Positions 47,123 to 59,700 of a DNA stretch of 64,000 nt are shown here, piece after piece. The translations under genes and the position numbers were made by a program. Numbering within the stretch: position 1 is the first letter of the stretch; each line of letters begins with the position of its first letter. The stretch spans positions 4,001,777 through 4,065,776 of the forward strand of contig BDGG01000004.1 in the NCBI GenBank assembly GCA_001949185.1, in the 5' to 3' direction. The notes under the pieces were generated by a model. It saw only the letters and a list, made by a program, of their open reading frames with translations. It had not been told where the DNA came from and made no database searches. The DNA comes from Ramazzottius varieornatus. Its lineage: Eukaryota; Animalia; Tardigrada.

Positions 47123-48163
47123 CTACGGATGACAAATACAGTTCACTTGTTGCAGGAAAGCGCGTTCGGTGTCGATGATTGTTCTTATGTAAGCGTCTCG
47201 CCGTAAGAGTTTGTTCTTGAGATCAAGATATTCGTTCCACTGCTCTCTTTTTACTCGGGGCTCGATTTCTTCCTCAAACGACAACAGCGGAGCTCCGTCT
47301 GCTTCGTCGTAAAACTTCAGAATATCCTGCGACAAAGACACATCAAAGTAAAATGGGACTTCGGCAGAAAAACTCTACAAGATCTTTTCCTCAATTGGCG
47401 CATGTTTTCGGTGGTACTAGCTGGAAGCGTGCGCCACTTGGGAAACTATCATGTCGAGAGTTCGCTTGCTTAAGTCCCAAGTAGCATTCCAACCTGCGCT
47501 TCAAAAACGCTAATACCATTTAACTTGACACCGTTCACTTACCTCGACAGGTGTGGCAGATGCTTGAAGGCTGAGAAGTTCCTTCAGCACATCTTCGATG
47601 ATGCGAAGTCGTTTGAAAAGCTGTGGAAGATGTTTAAGGTACTCATCCAGTCCAACAGCAGCATGTCGTCGTTGCTGGTTCCGATCAACCGGGATTGCCG
47701 TGCCTCTGACCTGCGTTATCGTTTCAGCAATTCGATCCAAGAGAGTCGACAGCAAATCTTCTGCGTAGTGGATCAAACTCAAGACGTCCCCTTTAGTCTT
47801 TAAGACATCTTCTAGCTGCCCTCTTGGTGGATCGCGTCGACCTCCACTAATCCCATTTACATTCCGACCTTCCGTTCCTGCCTCTACCAGCTGGCTGAGT
47901 AGTGGGTGCAGGACACTGGTAGCAGGCATTGGGTTGCTTCGGCTGTCTGCTGGTTGCTGAGATGTTTCTGCAGCCTGTCCTTGTACGGCTGGCTCACCGA
48001 AGGTAGGCAGCGGTGTACCTGGAGCTGCAGACCCAGCTGACATGGGATTTCCAGGAGTGCGGGGACTGGGTGTCAGTGTTCTGCCTGCAGGTAACGTCGG
48101 TGTCGATGGTGCCCGAGGAATGAAGTTTCCGGATAAGTTAGGGTTTGGTCTTTGCTCCGCCAT
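47123..48163 (-). CDS. MED30: Mediator subunit MED30-like with a Pro-rich N-terminal extension, 2 coding exons
   Basis: VLSLIHYAEDLLSTLLDRIAETITQVRG..IP...LDEYLKHLPQLFKRLRIIED...PVE|DILKFYDE...LKNKLLRRDAYIRTIIDTERAFLQQVN follows the MED30 helix pattern (LFRKLRLVYD, PVEQLIPY, IMDQLRNLIWDIN). Confidence 0.7.
47354..47479. mobile_element. Palindromic MITE-like family A, copy 5 (MED30 intron)
   Basis: tgggacttcggcagaaaaactctacaagatc...tcaattggcgcatgttttc...gaagcgtgcgccacttggg...atcatgtcgagagttcgcttgcttaagtccca. Confidence 0.8.
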
Positions 48164-48670
48164 ATCGGAACAGAGCCGTCTTCGGCCCTCGACGTTTCCT
48201 TGCCTGTCGCTCCTTGTTCTCGCCTCAGTCAGATCTCTGGCACATCACCTAGAAGATAAGAAATCCAGTGAGATAAGCCACATTTACAAGACACGATGAC
48301 GAAGGAAACAAAAGCAAACGGAAGAAACAAAACTGCCACTGTGCCACAGCCAGATTGCCCATGGAAATTTTGAGGGGCAATCAATTCTCAAATCAACTGA
48401 ACATTATAATGCACTTCATTACGTCATGCCCACACGTCACCGCGGAGTAAGTAAACATAGAATTTGCGCCAGTTTTTGAAAATCGAAGGCTGCGTGTTGC
48501 GACTGTTGCCATTTCCGGTATGCCGCGAAATCTTCACCTTTATGTTGCCCTCCTAACTTCAGCCCCAGCTGGACGACCGTTTTCTTTAGTGTAACCGATC
48601 GGACGTTCGGACAAGGTGGATCTACAGCTGTCAGGTTTGCGGGGCCACGGTTAATACGTTCATACTGTAG

Positions 48671-49323
48671 ACGGTACAAAGGCTCTAAGCGCAAGTCGAC
48701 ATTCCCGCGACTATAGGAAACTTGCGGAACTTATTAGGTACCGGAAACCAGGAACAGCAGACGGTACGTAGAGACCTGCACATCGGGATCCAGAGTTGTT
48801 GGCAATCTCTAATGCTACCGGGACTACATGCAACTCGCCAGTCGCCATTGTGTTTGTACAGGAACAGTAAGTTATCGCAGAAAACTATTCACTTACTGGC
48901 AATCAATATATCCAGAGCTTTGTGAGAGGGATTTCTCTCCATTCCATGCATCCCAGATACTCTGTAAGCATGCAGCATGCTGGGCCTGACCTACGTATAA
49001 CCCGTCATGCTCCCACACGGATATCCCGCTCAATACGATCCTTTGCAGGCGGGATCTCGAGATCGTTTAATCGATTGCGACGGTACTCTCCCTATCCTCA
49101 GTCTTCGCTACGGAACATACTCCTCGATCAATCGGCACGAGAGTCTTAACCATTTGAGAGCTTTACTACAGTGGAGCTTTGTTCTCGCACTTTACGAGTT
49201 TTACTTTAGGCTAGCACCTCTGGGGACCTACCTTACATACTACAAGCTGCTTCCTCCTTGTTTGTCCCCAAGCTTCAGTCTGAACTGAATGGTCCACTGA
49301 CGCTTCCGATTCCGTTTTTCTTG
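48671..49323 (+). other. Candidate spliced orphan transcript between MED30 and the POSH-like gene
   Basis: Clustered strong splice signals (GTAAGT 48867, GTAAGC 48964, TTTAG acceptor 49209, GTGAGT 49324) bound short open exons. Coding status is unresolved; it could be 5' UTR of the POSH-like gene. Confidence 0.25.
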
Positions 49324-50035
49324 GTGAGTAACCCGCTCGATTGAAACTGAGCAGTTTGTGTCTGAATCTCTTGGAAGTTCGGGACAACTCTAGACCTGGT
49401 CGAGCTTTTCGATTTCGAACACTGGAATAGCTTTGCATAACATGCAGAAGTGCCAGAAGGTGATATAGTTTCTTTATAGTTCCTCTCAGTCTGTTCCATC
49501 CAAATCGGTTTACGATATCAGGTGGATCGACGCTTAAACCATCCGTTCTGCATTTTATTGGTCGTACTACATGGTGGCCCATATGGTTTAACGTGTCGTG
49601 GGACGGGTTTCCGAAAAGCTGTCCATGTAGTCTGATTAATATAGGGTTCATGGTTCTTCTGTGGTTTTTACTTAAGTTTATTCTGGAGTACGCAGCAAAT
49701 GTACTAAATTGGCTTTTTTCTGATTTTCAAGGCTTAGAGTATGATGGGGGATGAAAGCGTCTAATCCATTAAGGAAGGTGCGAGCTTGACATCCTCTACC
49801 CGGCAGCGGATCGATCATCGCTGCAGCGCGCATTAGGGAGTTGCACCCACGCAATGGATGCCGAATATTGTGGAGCAAAGAGCAGATGGAAACGAAAGCT
49901 GATCGATCTTTTCACTAACGACAATAGGCTGGACAAGAAAGATTAGCCTTGTCATTTCCTTTCGTGCATTTGCCTGCTCCTGTTTTTGTGCGTGTTTCCT
50001 GAGACGGAAAAGGTGGCTTTCTTTTGACCTTTTCT

Positions 50036-52066
50036 ATGGAGGATGAAGAGAGCCTTTTAGCGAGGCTGTTGGAATGTCCGGTAAGTTACACTCTCACCTT
50101 CTAGAGTTCATCGGTAAATTTCAATGACCGGATGCTTTTTTCACAGGTCTGTTTCTGCACGCTAACGGAGAACAGCCGGGTTCTTCCTTGTCAGCACACC
50201 TTTTGCTTGAAATGCTTGCACGATATTTACGAGAAACGACGAGAGAACGTCCTGTGCCCAGAGTGTCGGGTGAGGCAACTTATTCCATGATTATTGAAGT
50301 GTTGACTGATGGGTATTGAACGTTCCATCCATTCTGTTCCTTGGACTATCGAATTTTGCACGCACGTCAAAATATGGCCTCATTTGCTCTGTAGACTGTG
50401 TTGACCACACCGATCGAACTTTTGCCTCGCAATATCCTCTTGATGCGGCTGTTGGAAGGAATCAAGTCTCGGCGGAATAGCGTAAACACGTTGTGGCTCA
50501 GATCCCCAAATGAGCCAAAACTAACCGCCAAGTCATGTCCCAGTACGCCAGGAGTCACGACAGCCACCAGTTTTTCTTTCCTGTAAGTATGGAGTGTGTG
50601 GCGACCACAGTCTTCCTTCCTTGGTGGTCTTATCAGGCCAACAAAACTTTCTTTGTAAACTACAGTAGTTTTTTTCTCAAAGTTTGGCCGTCTTACCCTA
50701 ACTTTCTTCCGTTCTTTACTTTCCAACCGAAATGTTTATATCGTTCACCAGTTTCCGGACGAGATGACGAGTCTTTCGCCCTCGATTAGTCGGCTTCCAC
50801 AGGACCAAGTACTGGCACCATTCTAATTGGATTCATTACAGATTTCCGCTCAACGACGCGAACTCACAACGCTGTACTCCACAGTCGGAAGAGCCCTTCA
50901 CCGCAAAGTCGACACTGAGCGTAGACATCGAACCCGATATCCTGTCTCGACATTCAAGTGAGCAGCACTTGTCCCTCGGTATTCCCTCATTGTTTCAAAG
51001 ACGAACCAGTGCCGTCTCTGTGATCGAGCAACCTCCCCCATGTCCAGATGGTCCTCCATCCTCTCGCATGCTTGCTGGTCTGAGAGCCAGCCGTACAACT
51101 GCCGACCTAGCTAGCACTAACGATCCTTCGGTTAACAATCGATTCATCGAAGTTCCCTCAGTCAGCTTTTCTCTGGCTGATGCACAAAGTGCATCAAGGT
51201 TCGATCAAGCCAACTGGCGCCACCTACCGGGAAACCGTTCACTGCCGTCGGAGAAAGTGATTGCTGGTAGCTATTACACCAAAAAGTGTTCTTCGCGGTC
51301 AACTGCGCACCAAATACCCCACTGGCAAGTTCTGACGGGCGCAGAAGTCTCGTCGCCGACAAGAACTACGACGTTCGAAGTATCCTTCGCGGACCGGGCG
51401 GCAAACCATAACAACAGGTCCGGCTTGCCCGGGACGCACTCGTCGAGCTCCCCGAGCTTTTCTTCGGTTGTCCAACAAGGACGCGAACAACCAAAGGAAA
51501 GCCGTTCTTTCATCAAGCAATGGTTCGGTGGAACCAAGCAGCACCATTCTAGTCACGACCTATCAAGGAAGATGAATGTGGTGGCGACGACGGCCTCGAA
51601 CGGACTACTTTCTACAGGGTGAAAACTAATTTCCAAACTTTAAAAACTCCAATCAAAATTATGCCCATGTTTGATCGGACTTTTGTAAGGTGAACTCTTG
51701 ACTCTTCAATGTCAGACGCGAAGTGTACTGGAAATTCTACACACTTCTTGTAGAATGTGGTTTGACAATGCTATGTCTTTCAGGGTGGCGCATGGGGATG
51801 AGCGTTCGAAGAAGCACTATTTCACCTCGGGCCTCCGACCGGATCGCCATCAGAAGCCGACAACATTCGAGTGCTACCGCTGTGTGACACCCTATCCAGC
51901 CAGGAACCACTACGAACTGGACCTGCATTTGAACGACCTGCTGTACGTCCATCAAAGGCATTCTGACGGCTGGATGAAGGCTACGCATGAACGTACAGGA
52001 CGTAACGGTCTGATCCCGGTTGCGTTTGTGGAACGGCTACATCCCGGAAAGATGTCTATGTCGTGA
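50036..52066 (+). CDS. SH3RF: SH3RF/POSH-like RING E3 ligase with a single C-terminal SH3
   Basis: LLECP|VCFCTLTENSRVLPCQHTFCLKCL...LCPECR|...IELLPRNILLMRLLEGIK (POSH RING); terminal SH3 YRCVTPYPARNHYELDLHLNDLLYVHQRHSDGWMKATHERTGRNGLIPVAFVE. Confidence 0.85.
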
Positions 52067-53746
52067 TTTTGGTCTTTTCAAGTATCCTTTATCCCGTCGT
52101 TTACTGATTGTTTTATACTTTTACAAAATCTGTTCTGTTTGAGTTGCTGAATATGGTAAATACTGTTGTAACCTTGCGGCAGGGCGTAGTTACATGTGAA
52201 CCCGAACTCGCGAGCAATTTTTTTTTTAGGCTAAGGTCTAAACCCGAAAATATTTGGCTTCACTGTATTGTTAGTGCTCTTGAGAAAACTCAATGCGGAT
52301 AAACTTCTACGTCACTTTTTCTTAGAATTTAAAGTTTTTAAGCAATTTCCCGTTCGTCGTTCAGAAGCCTCACCCACACCTTTACATATCTGTAAGCCGG
52401 CAAAGTATGAAGATGAGAGGTTGTTCACCCTGACAAGCAATCTTTGACGTCTCACATGCGGTGCCTATCGAGCTGCGGACCTCGGTAGAAACACTCTGAA
52501 GATGCATTATTTAATAAAAGAATACAGTAGATATTAGAATATGAGCTAAATTTTATCGTTCCGGTTGTTGCGAGAGGCTCGAATTGTGAGAACCAATGTA
52601 TTTTTGATCACAGAGAACTAGTTATGTTGTTCCGAAACCGAGTACTTGAAACATGAATGATTTATAATGTAAATCAGCGTTCCACAGTAGTAAAGCTCTG
52701 CCAATACGAAGGTAATAAAACCAACTTCAAATTAGTTGATAATTGTCGGTGGAGTAGATAGTCAGGCATTTTTTACTAGTTTGACAGTGAGAAGAGTTAG
52801 TGCACGCAAAAGCCCGCGCATTGGGCGTATACCAACCTTGGTGCCATGGACCATGATTATTTCTGGCATATGACACACAGGTAGATCGGTTGTGTAATGA
52901 TCATGCGTCGATGGTCGGTGTTTTTCGCATCATTATAATCTAGTGCAGCAGGTGCCTTTCACTGGCATACCTTGATAGTTTCATATTTTAGCTAATCAAG
53001 CGGTTTAAATGGCCGTGTGGTGAAGGCAGCCCGGTATTTTCACTGTCATTTTCTTCCTCGAAAATTTATTGCATAAAATGACATGATCCAGATTGTTTCA
53101 TCCCTCTTACATATCCTTTTCACGATACGTCAGATTCCGGAACTTTCACATTCACTTGTCCCTGTCACCAAAGCTTCGCGTTGAATCTTCCAAGGGGTTC
53201 TTCATCCTCGGTCTACTATAGGTACGTTTTCCTCCACGCTGTTGCGATACTAAAGCCCAAATGCCATTATGAAATTTTGGTGACGTACTATAGAAGAATT
53301 CAGGTCGATACCAAAATGGATTTTCGTTTTATTTCCTTATGGGCAGTGAGTTCTCCATGAAAAGTTCTCTCCGTATAATCAACAGGTCTTCGCATCGTTT
53401 TCCCACAGAGTGATACACATTTATTGCTACATTGTGATATATCACACATGCTAATATGACGTTTCGAATGTATACGCCAGCCTACTGTAGGTGCGGTTGG
53501 ATATATATAGCTCCAGATCCGTGATCCATCATATCAATAAAAAACATATATTGATTGAACATTGTCTTTTTCGCTAGCTTGAAATTTTAAAATAACTATA
53601 TACTACACGCCCAAAGTGTTTCTAGAAGCCAATATAACGGATCGCACGTAAGGCAGACCTCGTTCCTAACTTCTATTTTTCCAGTTTTAGACGCCTTCAT
53701 CGACAGGAGCAGAAAGAAGGGAACCCGGAAAACGGAAGAAGTTCGA

Positions 53747-56700
53747 ATGCGCCATTCAAGCTCCACTCCCGGACTTCAGCGACGTCGTGATCAGATGCCC
53801 TCCGAACAGGTTCAAGCTGACCTGGACACGTCTCTTTGGGAAAACTTTTTCCGGAACCCTTCGAATTCAATGGTGAACTGTCGAGAACCCCAGCAGACTC
53901 CTGAAGAAATTTTCAAGGTAAAAAGGTCGTACTTTTCCCGTTTCAAGAAGGCGGCACTAAGAGACCTGCCTTTGCGGTTTCGGTTTCGTAACGGCAGATG
54001 CCGGATTCTTACATGAGTATAGTTCGCCTTGAACGTGAAATCGGTGTTCTTGAAAAAGTCTCTCAATACGCTTGAGGGAACCAAGAATCACCACGATGAT
54101 ATAACGGTGAATCTGGCGGCCAAGTTTTGATTACAAAACAGTCCAAGTTCACTGTGCTGCGACGCAGAATTTTCACCGCACCTTCTACAAGGTTTACAAA
54201 AAGAAATTGCACTGGAGAGACAAGAGCCAAATTTTTATAGAGCCCATTTTTTAACTTTTGTTTTCAGAATCGGTCTGTCCATTTGGCAACACAGCCTCAC
54301 ATTAGTATTTTTCAAGTAGCGTCGGGCTAGCGACTTTGCAATAATATTAGAATGAGAAAGTAAGCACAAGCGTTTCGCTTGGAGGGCGATACACCGGCTG
54401 GCGTATACCAGCTATACTATGACTACGAAGTTAATGGTCAATTGTATTCTGTAGATAGGTTTAGACTGTCTATTTTCGCTGCAGACCGTTCAGATGGCAA
54501 CAACGCTGATACTATTTTCAGCTTCGTTTCCTGCAACAGAAAAAACCCATCATTACGAGCATGTTACGTAAAGCCTCCTTGCAAAAACTCGCCATGTTCA
54601 CATGCTTCAGCGATCAGCTGACTGCATGTTCTGAATATTTATGGATTGGTTTGTCAGAGGAAAATACACTAAATTCCAACTACATTAGACAGAAAAGCCT
54701 TCGTTTTTCGAAGACCATTGCGCGAGTTCTCAGGGATAGTTTGGCGCGCTTGTCTTCTAATTTGCCGGAAAATATTCATGCAAACTCTAAATTTAACTCT
54801 GTTGATCGTGAACTACCTACTGTACTGGTCAACTGTGAAGGTGTTTACGGAAACTTAAATTGGGTCAGTACCTGCATCAGCAACTGGGGGTGCTTGTCCC
54901 ATAACAACATTACGCGGTAAGCTCTCCGCGCAGGTTGAAGTGAGGTCGCCGTAGGTATTAACGCCTGGGTTCCTGCTGCAGCGGCAGCAATTCTTTAGAG
55001 TTCGATGGCATTGAGCTTGCCATTACGATGGATACCAGAGTGGTGGTATCATGCGCCGGTCCGCCAGTGAGGACCTGCAAGTAGAAAGACGCGCGTGAGG
55101 ATGATGCACGTGTATTAGTTTAAGTGGTCGACTCAAGTACGTCCGTAAATCTTACGGTGTCACAATTCAAGACCTCTTACCATCAAATATTGTCCTGTGT
55201 ACGAATACCTGTTGATGCTCAGCTGAAAGTCCGTCCATCAGCAATACCGCGTAGGTGGACGACCCTTTGAGTACCTCCAACACGTGAGCACGAGCGTCAA
55301 TCGCGAACCCTCGGAACCCACGGTCATATGGTGTCGTTGTGTCGTCCTCGGTTCTTCGAGCCGAAAAAGGTGTTTCGAAAATTCTTACCTTCAAATTTGA
55401 CGGATCGTTACAGCAAAGATTGTGGTAAACTTTTCTAGCCTCGTTTTTTCCGCGGCGTACTGACACCGCGGCTATCGACGTAGAAGGTCGCCATCTGAGG
55501 TCTTCCGAAGAAGCCCTTGAAGACGGACGATAAACAAGGGACCCGAGCGTTGATACCGCTAAAGGTCTAAAAAGTACTGAAATTACTTAGCGCAGAAAGC
55601 ATAAATCCTTGTTCCTGGCCCCTCGGTTTCGGTTCCAACCCAAAATCAAGGAGCTTCGACAGCAGTAGAACCCTGGAGAAAGTTAGCCTGGTTTATGTTC
55701 TATCGCATGGAAGATTCGATTTCTCTGTTCTCAGGTGACAACATCTGCCCGAATTATATCGTCTTGATCTAGCGCATTCTCTTGGATCGTCTGGGTCTTT
55801 TCTTCGAGTTGGCGCGATGTCGATCAGGGTCCAGGATCTGACAACAATGATCAGTCTAGGGTCTGCCAACGACGCTGTTGGCCATATTCTTTAACCTGGC
55901 GCTCAAAGCCGGCATATTCGAGGTACACGGTGTCATGGACCAACTTAAAGCTCTGTAAGCCATATTTGTATGGCAAACTGCTGGTCATATTAACTTTTAC
56001 CTGGCTTTACGTTTTACGGCCAAGGGCCATTCACCCGACGACCACATCTTGGCCAGCTGCGATCGTCCGCTGGTAATGGCAATGAAAAATCATCTGCTCA
56101 AGTTGATGAGTCAGTTTTCATCTTGAACTGCATTTTGCCGATGCTGCACTTGTTGTAGGCCAGTGCTGAGCACTTTGAAATCATAGACGGTGCGACTAAC
56201 TTACATGTACATGGCTCGTTGAATCAAAAGCGGCCATTCCATAGTTTCACTGACTTTTTACTTTCGAAGCCGGTGTTTTCACAGTTAATCACGTCAGTCT
56301 AGTGTTTGAACAGTTATTAGAACAATGCGCCTTATATTCCCAGATTCATCCATTTCGCTATCCTGTTTCATAATCGACTGGATTTCAAAACAGAGTCAAC
56401 CAGAGAATACACAAAAGGAGTTTTGCGTTTGAGAGGGAACGGGCTCAGTTTCAATTGGGTAGGTCCACCTGGGAGGCCTCCCCTTTCCCGTCACACCACG
56501 CCCTTCCGGTGCCTGTGTGAAAAATTTCGATGTTGTTTGTTTGTTGATTGTTGATTAAAAACGAGCCCATTGTGGGGCCTGAGCCTGAGGCGTCCAGCCA
56601 GCGTTTCCATTGATTTTGGAAGGGATCTTTCTCCAACGGTTGTGGAGGATGCTAGTCCTGTTTTCTTGGAAGCTCTGTCAGAATGATGCTGCGTAGTGCG

Positions 56701-59700
56701 GGACTTCGACGGACCTTACCAGTCATGGCTAACTCTGACCGTTCTTTGCAGTGTTACGGATCCTTGGGAAGTCGACAGTGTTCCGTACGAAAAGCGCCCG
56801 TCGTCGTCGGATCTCCTCCGTCATTCTCTTCAGCACAGTCAAATCATCGCGTTCTACCGGCGGATCCTTCTTCGGCACGTTCCTCCTCGTCATTCCATAA
56901 ACAAGCAGGCCCAGCTTTGGATCGCTTTCCAGTCTACAATCATCCAGCATCATCGGTGACGGTGAGTGCAGTAGATTCCAAGTTGGTGTTCCCAGCCATA
57001 CTGTACGTGCTAATGAGAGTCCTAATACGTCGAATCTCGCTTGGACAGTGTCCCTTTGTCCTGGTAATGCTTCTAGGTTGTCCGTTCAAGATTCGTGTGG
57101 CCTTCCAGAAGGATAACCGAAAAATCTCCTGGCGGTTAGTTCTTGACGCCCCTAAACAATTGACTTGATTGCGTTGATCTGTGCTTTTGTCGATGAGAAC
57201 GCGCGCGTCGAAAGTCTGTCTGGCGCAGTTTTCCGTTTCTAATTGGGATGTTTGACCACCGCTGTTTCGTTCTTAGACTCTCAAGCAGTATCTTAGCAAG
57301 ATTGACGAGAATGTTTTGGTGAGGGACAACAGGAAGGAGACACCAGCTAAGAGTCCAGCCTGTATGGACAACAACGCAGGGACCAAGCTTACAGTTTGGC
57401 CTCGCGTTGTAAAGACAGGCTTTCCCTTCGAATTTCTGTTATTTCAGAATGGTCTCGTTTTCTTTCTGAAGTGCAAGAGCTTCGTTGAAGGCGAGATCAA
57501 CGTCCTCCGTTGCGGAGTCAGTTGTTATTGTCTGCACGTGAGATGCAAGTCGGCAGATTTGGAGGCAACTGGTGGCGCACTTTGTTGCATACACAAAGCT
57601 TGCCAGAGAAAGCGAGGCCTGTTGATCTACAATATCAACATTCAATAATAACACCACATCGTTTGACGAAAACCAGTCGAAATATTCAAGAGCGACGTAC
57701 AGTACGATGATGAGCAACGGCACGGTCAATGTACTTTACATCTTTCGATGCTGCGGAAAAGGCTTAGATTTCAGTCAGCGTAGGCACTTGAAAGCCTTTG
57801 CACTAGTTTTTGCCGGTATTGTCTCGCTGACTCGGCGCAATCTGGGCAGCTCAAAATAGTTCAATCAGACCCGAGTATTTTGCCGGCACTTTCGAGGGCC
57901 AAAGTGGCTTGACCGGCGACGCTAATAGGAAAACACGCGAGAGTCGCGCGACAGATAAGTTTCTGTCGACGTTGCAAATATTCTCTAAATGCCCTATTAT
58001 ATTCTAGATCGGAATTCCACTCATCTTGACCCCAATTTGGGGCAGAAAATTGCTTTAAAACGGCAAGAATAGTTCCTCGGAAAACAGATTATTGCACTGT
58101 TTTGCGATACAACTTTCAAGTTAATGCAAAGGTTTGCCGGATTGTTTTAGAAAATTATTGAATACTCTTGTTGAAGTTTCGTCGGTTGGTAGCCCAATGG
58201 GATGGTAGAAGGCAGTGAGGGTAATTTTTTGTAGGTAATCGCTAATGCACGGTTGCATTTTTTTCTCGGCGAGAGGGAGGATCTCTCATCCGTCATAAAA
58301 GCCGTGCGCCGCTCAAGTGAAGTTGGCTGGACGTAAATTATGCGGAACATTGAAATGTTCAGCTGTCAGGAGTAATAATGTCCCCGCTCGACAGTTATCA
58401 TATTGCAACATGCAACTGTTGTGACTGCGCCTGTAAAACTGCTGACAGATGATCACAGATCGGGCAAGTAAAGGTCTAATGAGCATCGGCATTTTTGTCC
58501 CGTCAGAGCGGTTATGAACGATGAGTGACTTGTTTGTGGCTTCACCGGCCTCTTTTTCCATCGGCGGTAAAGTGGAGAGGAGGTTTGCTATCGTGACTTC
58601 GGGGAACCGCGATATGCTAGACTGCGAACCTGGTCCTGATGAAGTTTTTGTTCGAGCAAGTTGTTTCCTCAAGTGACGCATACTCTCAGTGTTATTAGCT
58701 GGGAACGTGAGCTTTTTGATAAAACGATCTGGCCAGGCTTGGGTGTCGAAGAGTCTAACTCCCAACTAAATACTGATTACTGCGGAACTTTTCTGACTGC
58801 TTTGTAGCTTCGTGGTTTGAGGGTGTTCCGTTCGACGAATATTTATGTCCAATGGAATTACTGTTGGAATGTCTTCGTCCTGAGTCCTGACGACTGATAT
58901 CTTGGTTTTGCAGAACGCCAGAATGTACCCGCCAGAAACGGCAGTGGCTCCACCTACAACAGGAGGTTCACCGGCCGCCTCTTCGCAGATCCAGGAGGTC
59001 TTCCACACCCAGCATCGGTCTGCCTACCAGAACAACGTTCAGAACCAGTCCATGCAAAGCTTTGATCACACTTCTTTACACCCCGGGTCGAATAAGAATC
59101 ACAACGGCACTCCAAACGTTAGCTTCACGCATTCCTCAAGTTACCCAGTCATCACGCGCACTTCCGGTAACTTCGATTCCTCACAATATAACGGTGGACA
59201 TGGACAGCCGCTCCCGCCTTTGGCTCACTTCAATGAATACATCGCGAAGACTCAGATGACCGCGGGTACGTTTCCAGTATCTTTTCAAGAAACCAGGAGT
59301 GGAACATACTTTGGAATAACTTGAATTAACTTGGGGCGCCGGCAAACAATTTGAGCAAGATCGTTTCCCAAGTCGCGCACAGCAAAGCCAAATCAACCAC
59401 GATACGCGTCACTTGAAATTACGATCATTTTTAACCTCATTTGCCGGCTTCTCAGTTAGTATGAGCGAGGTCGACGAAATTACGTCGAGCGATATTAGCT
59501 TCTCTGAACTGAGCTTTCATTTTCTTTGCAGCTCTGAATCGGAACCCATATGGTATAGCGGCGTCGGAAGGGCACGGCGCAGAATTGCCTACCAAGCGTA
59601 TATGTGCCTGGAACCCAGCAGATGTCGCGTCGTTTTTCCGTGCTGTTGCGCGCGACAACGGTCAAGACCCTTCGCGCTTGAACGTGGGTAAGCTGTACGG

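Noticed and set aside
52082-52090. GTATCCTTT, matching the U12 5' splice consensus
   Set aside because: It lies in the POSH-like 3' UTR and I found no matching U12 branch point. All modelled introns are GT-AG U2 type.
52523-52688. TACAGTAG...TCCACAGTA, a possible pogo/Tigger-like MITE relic
   Set aside because: The terminal match is too short and degenerate.
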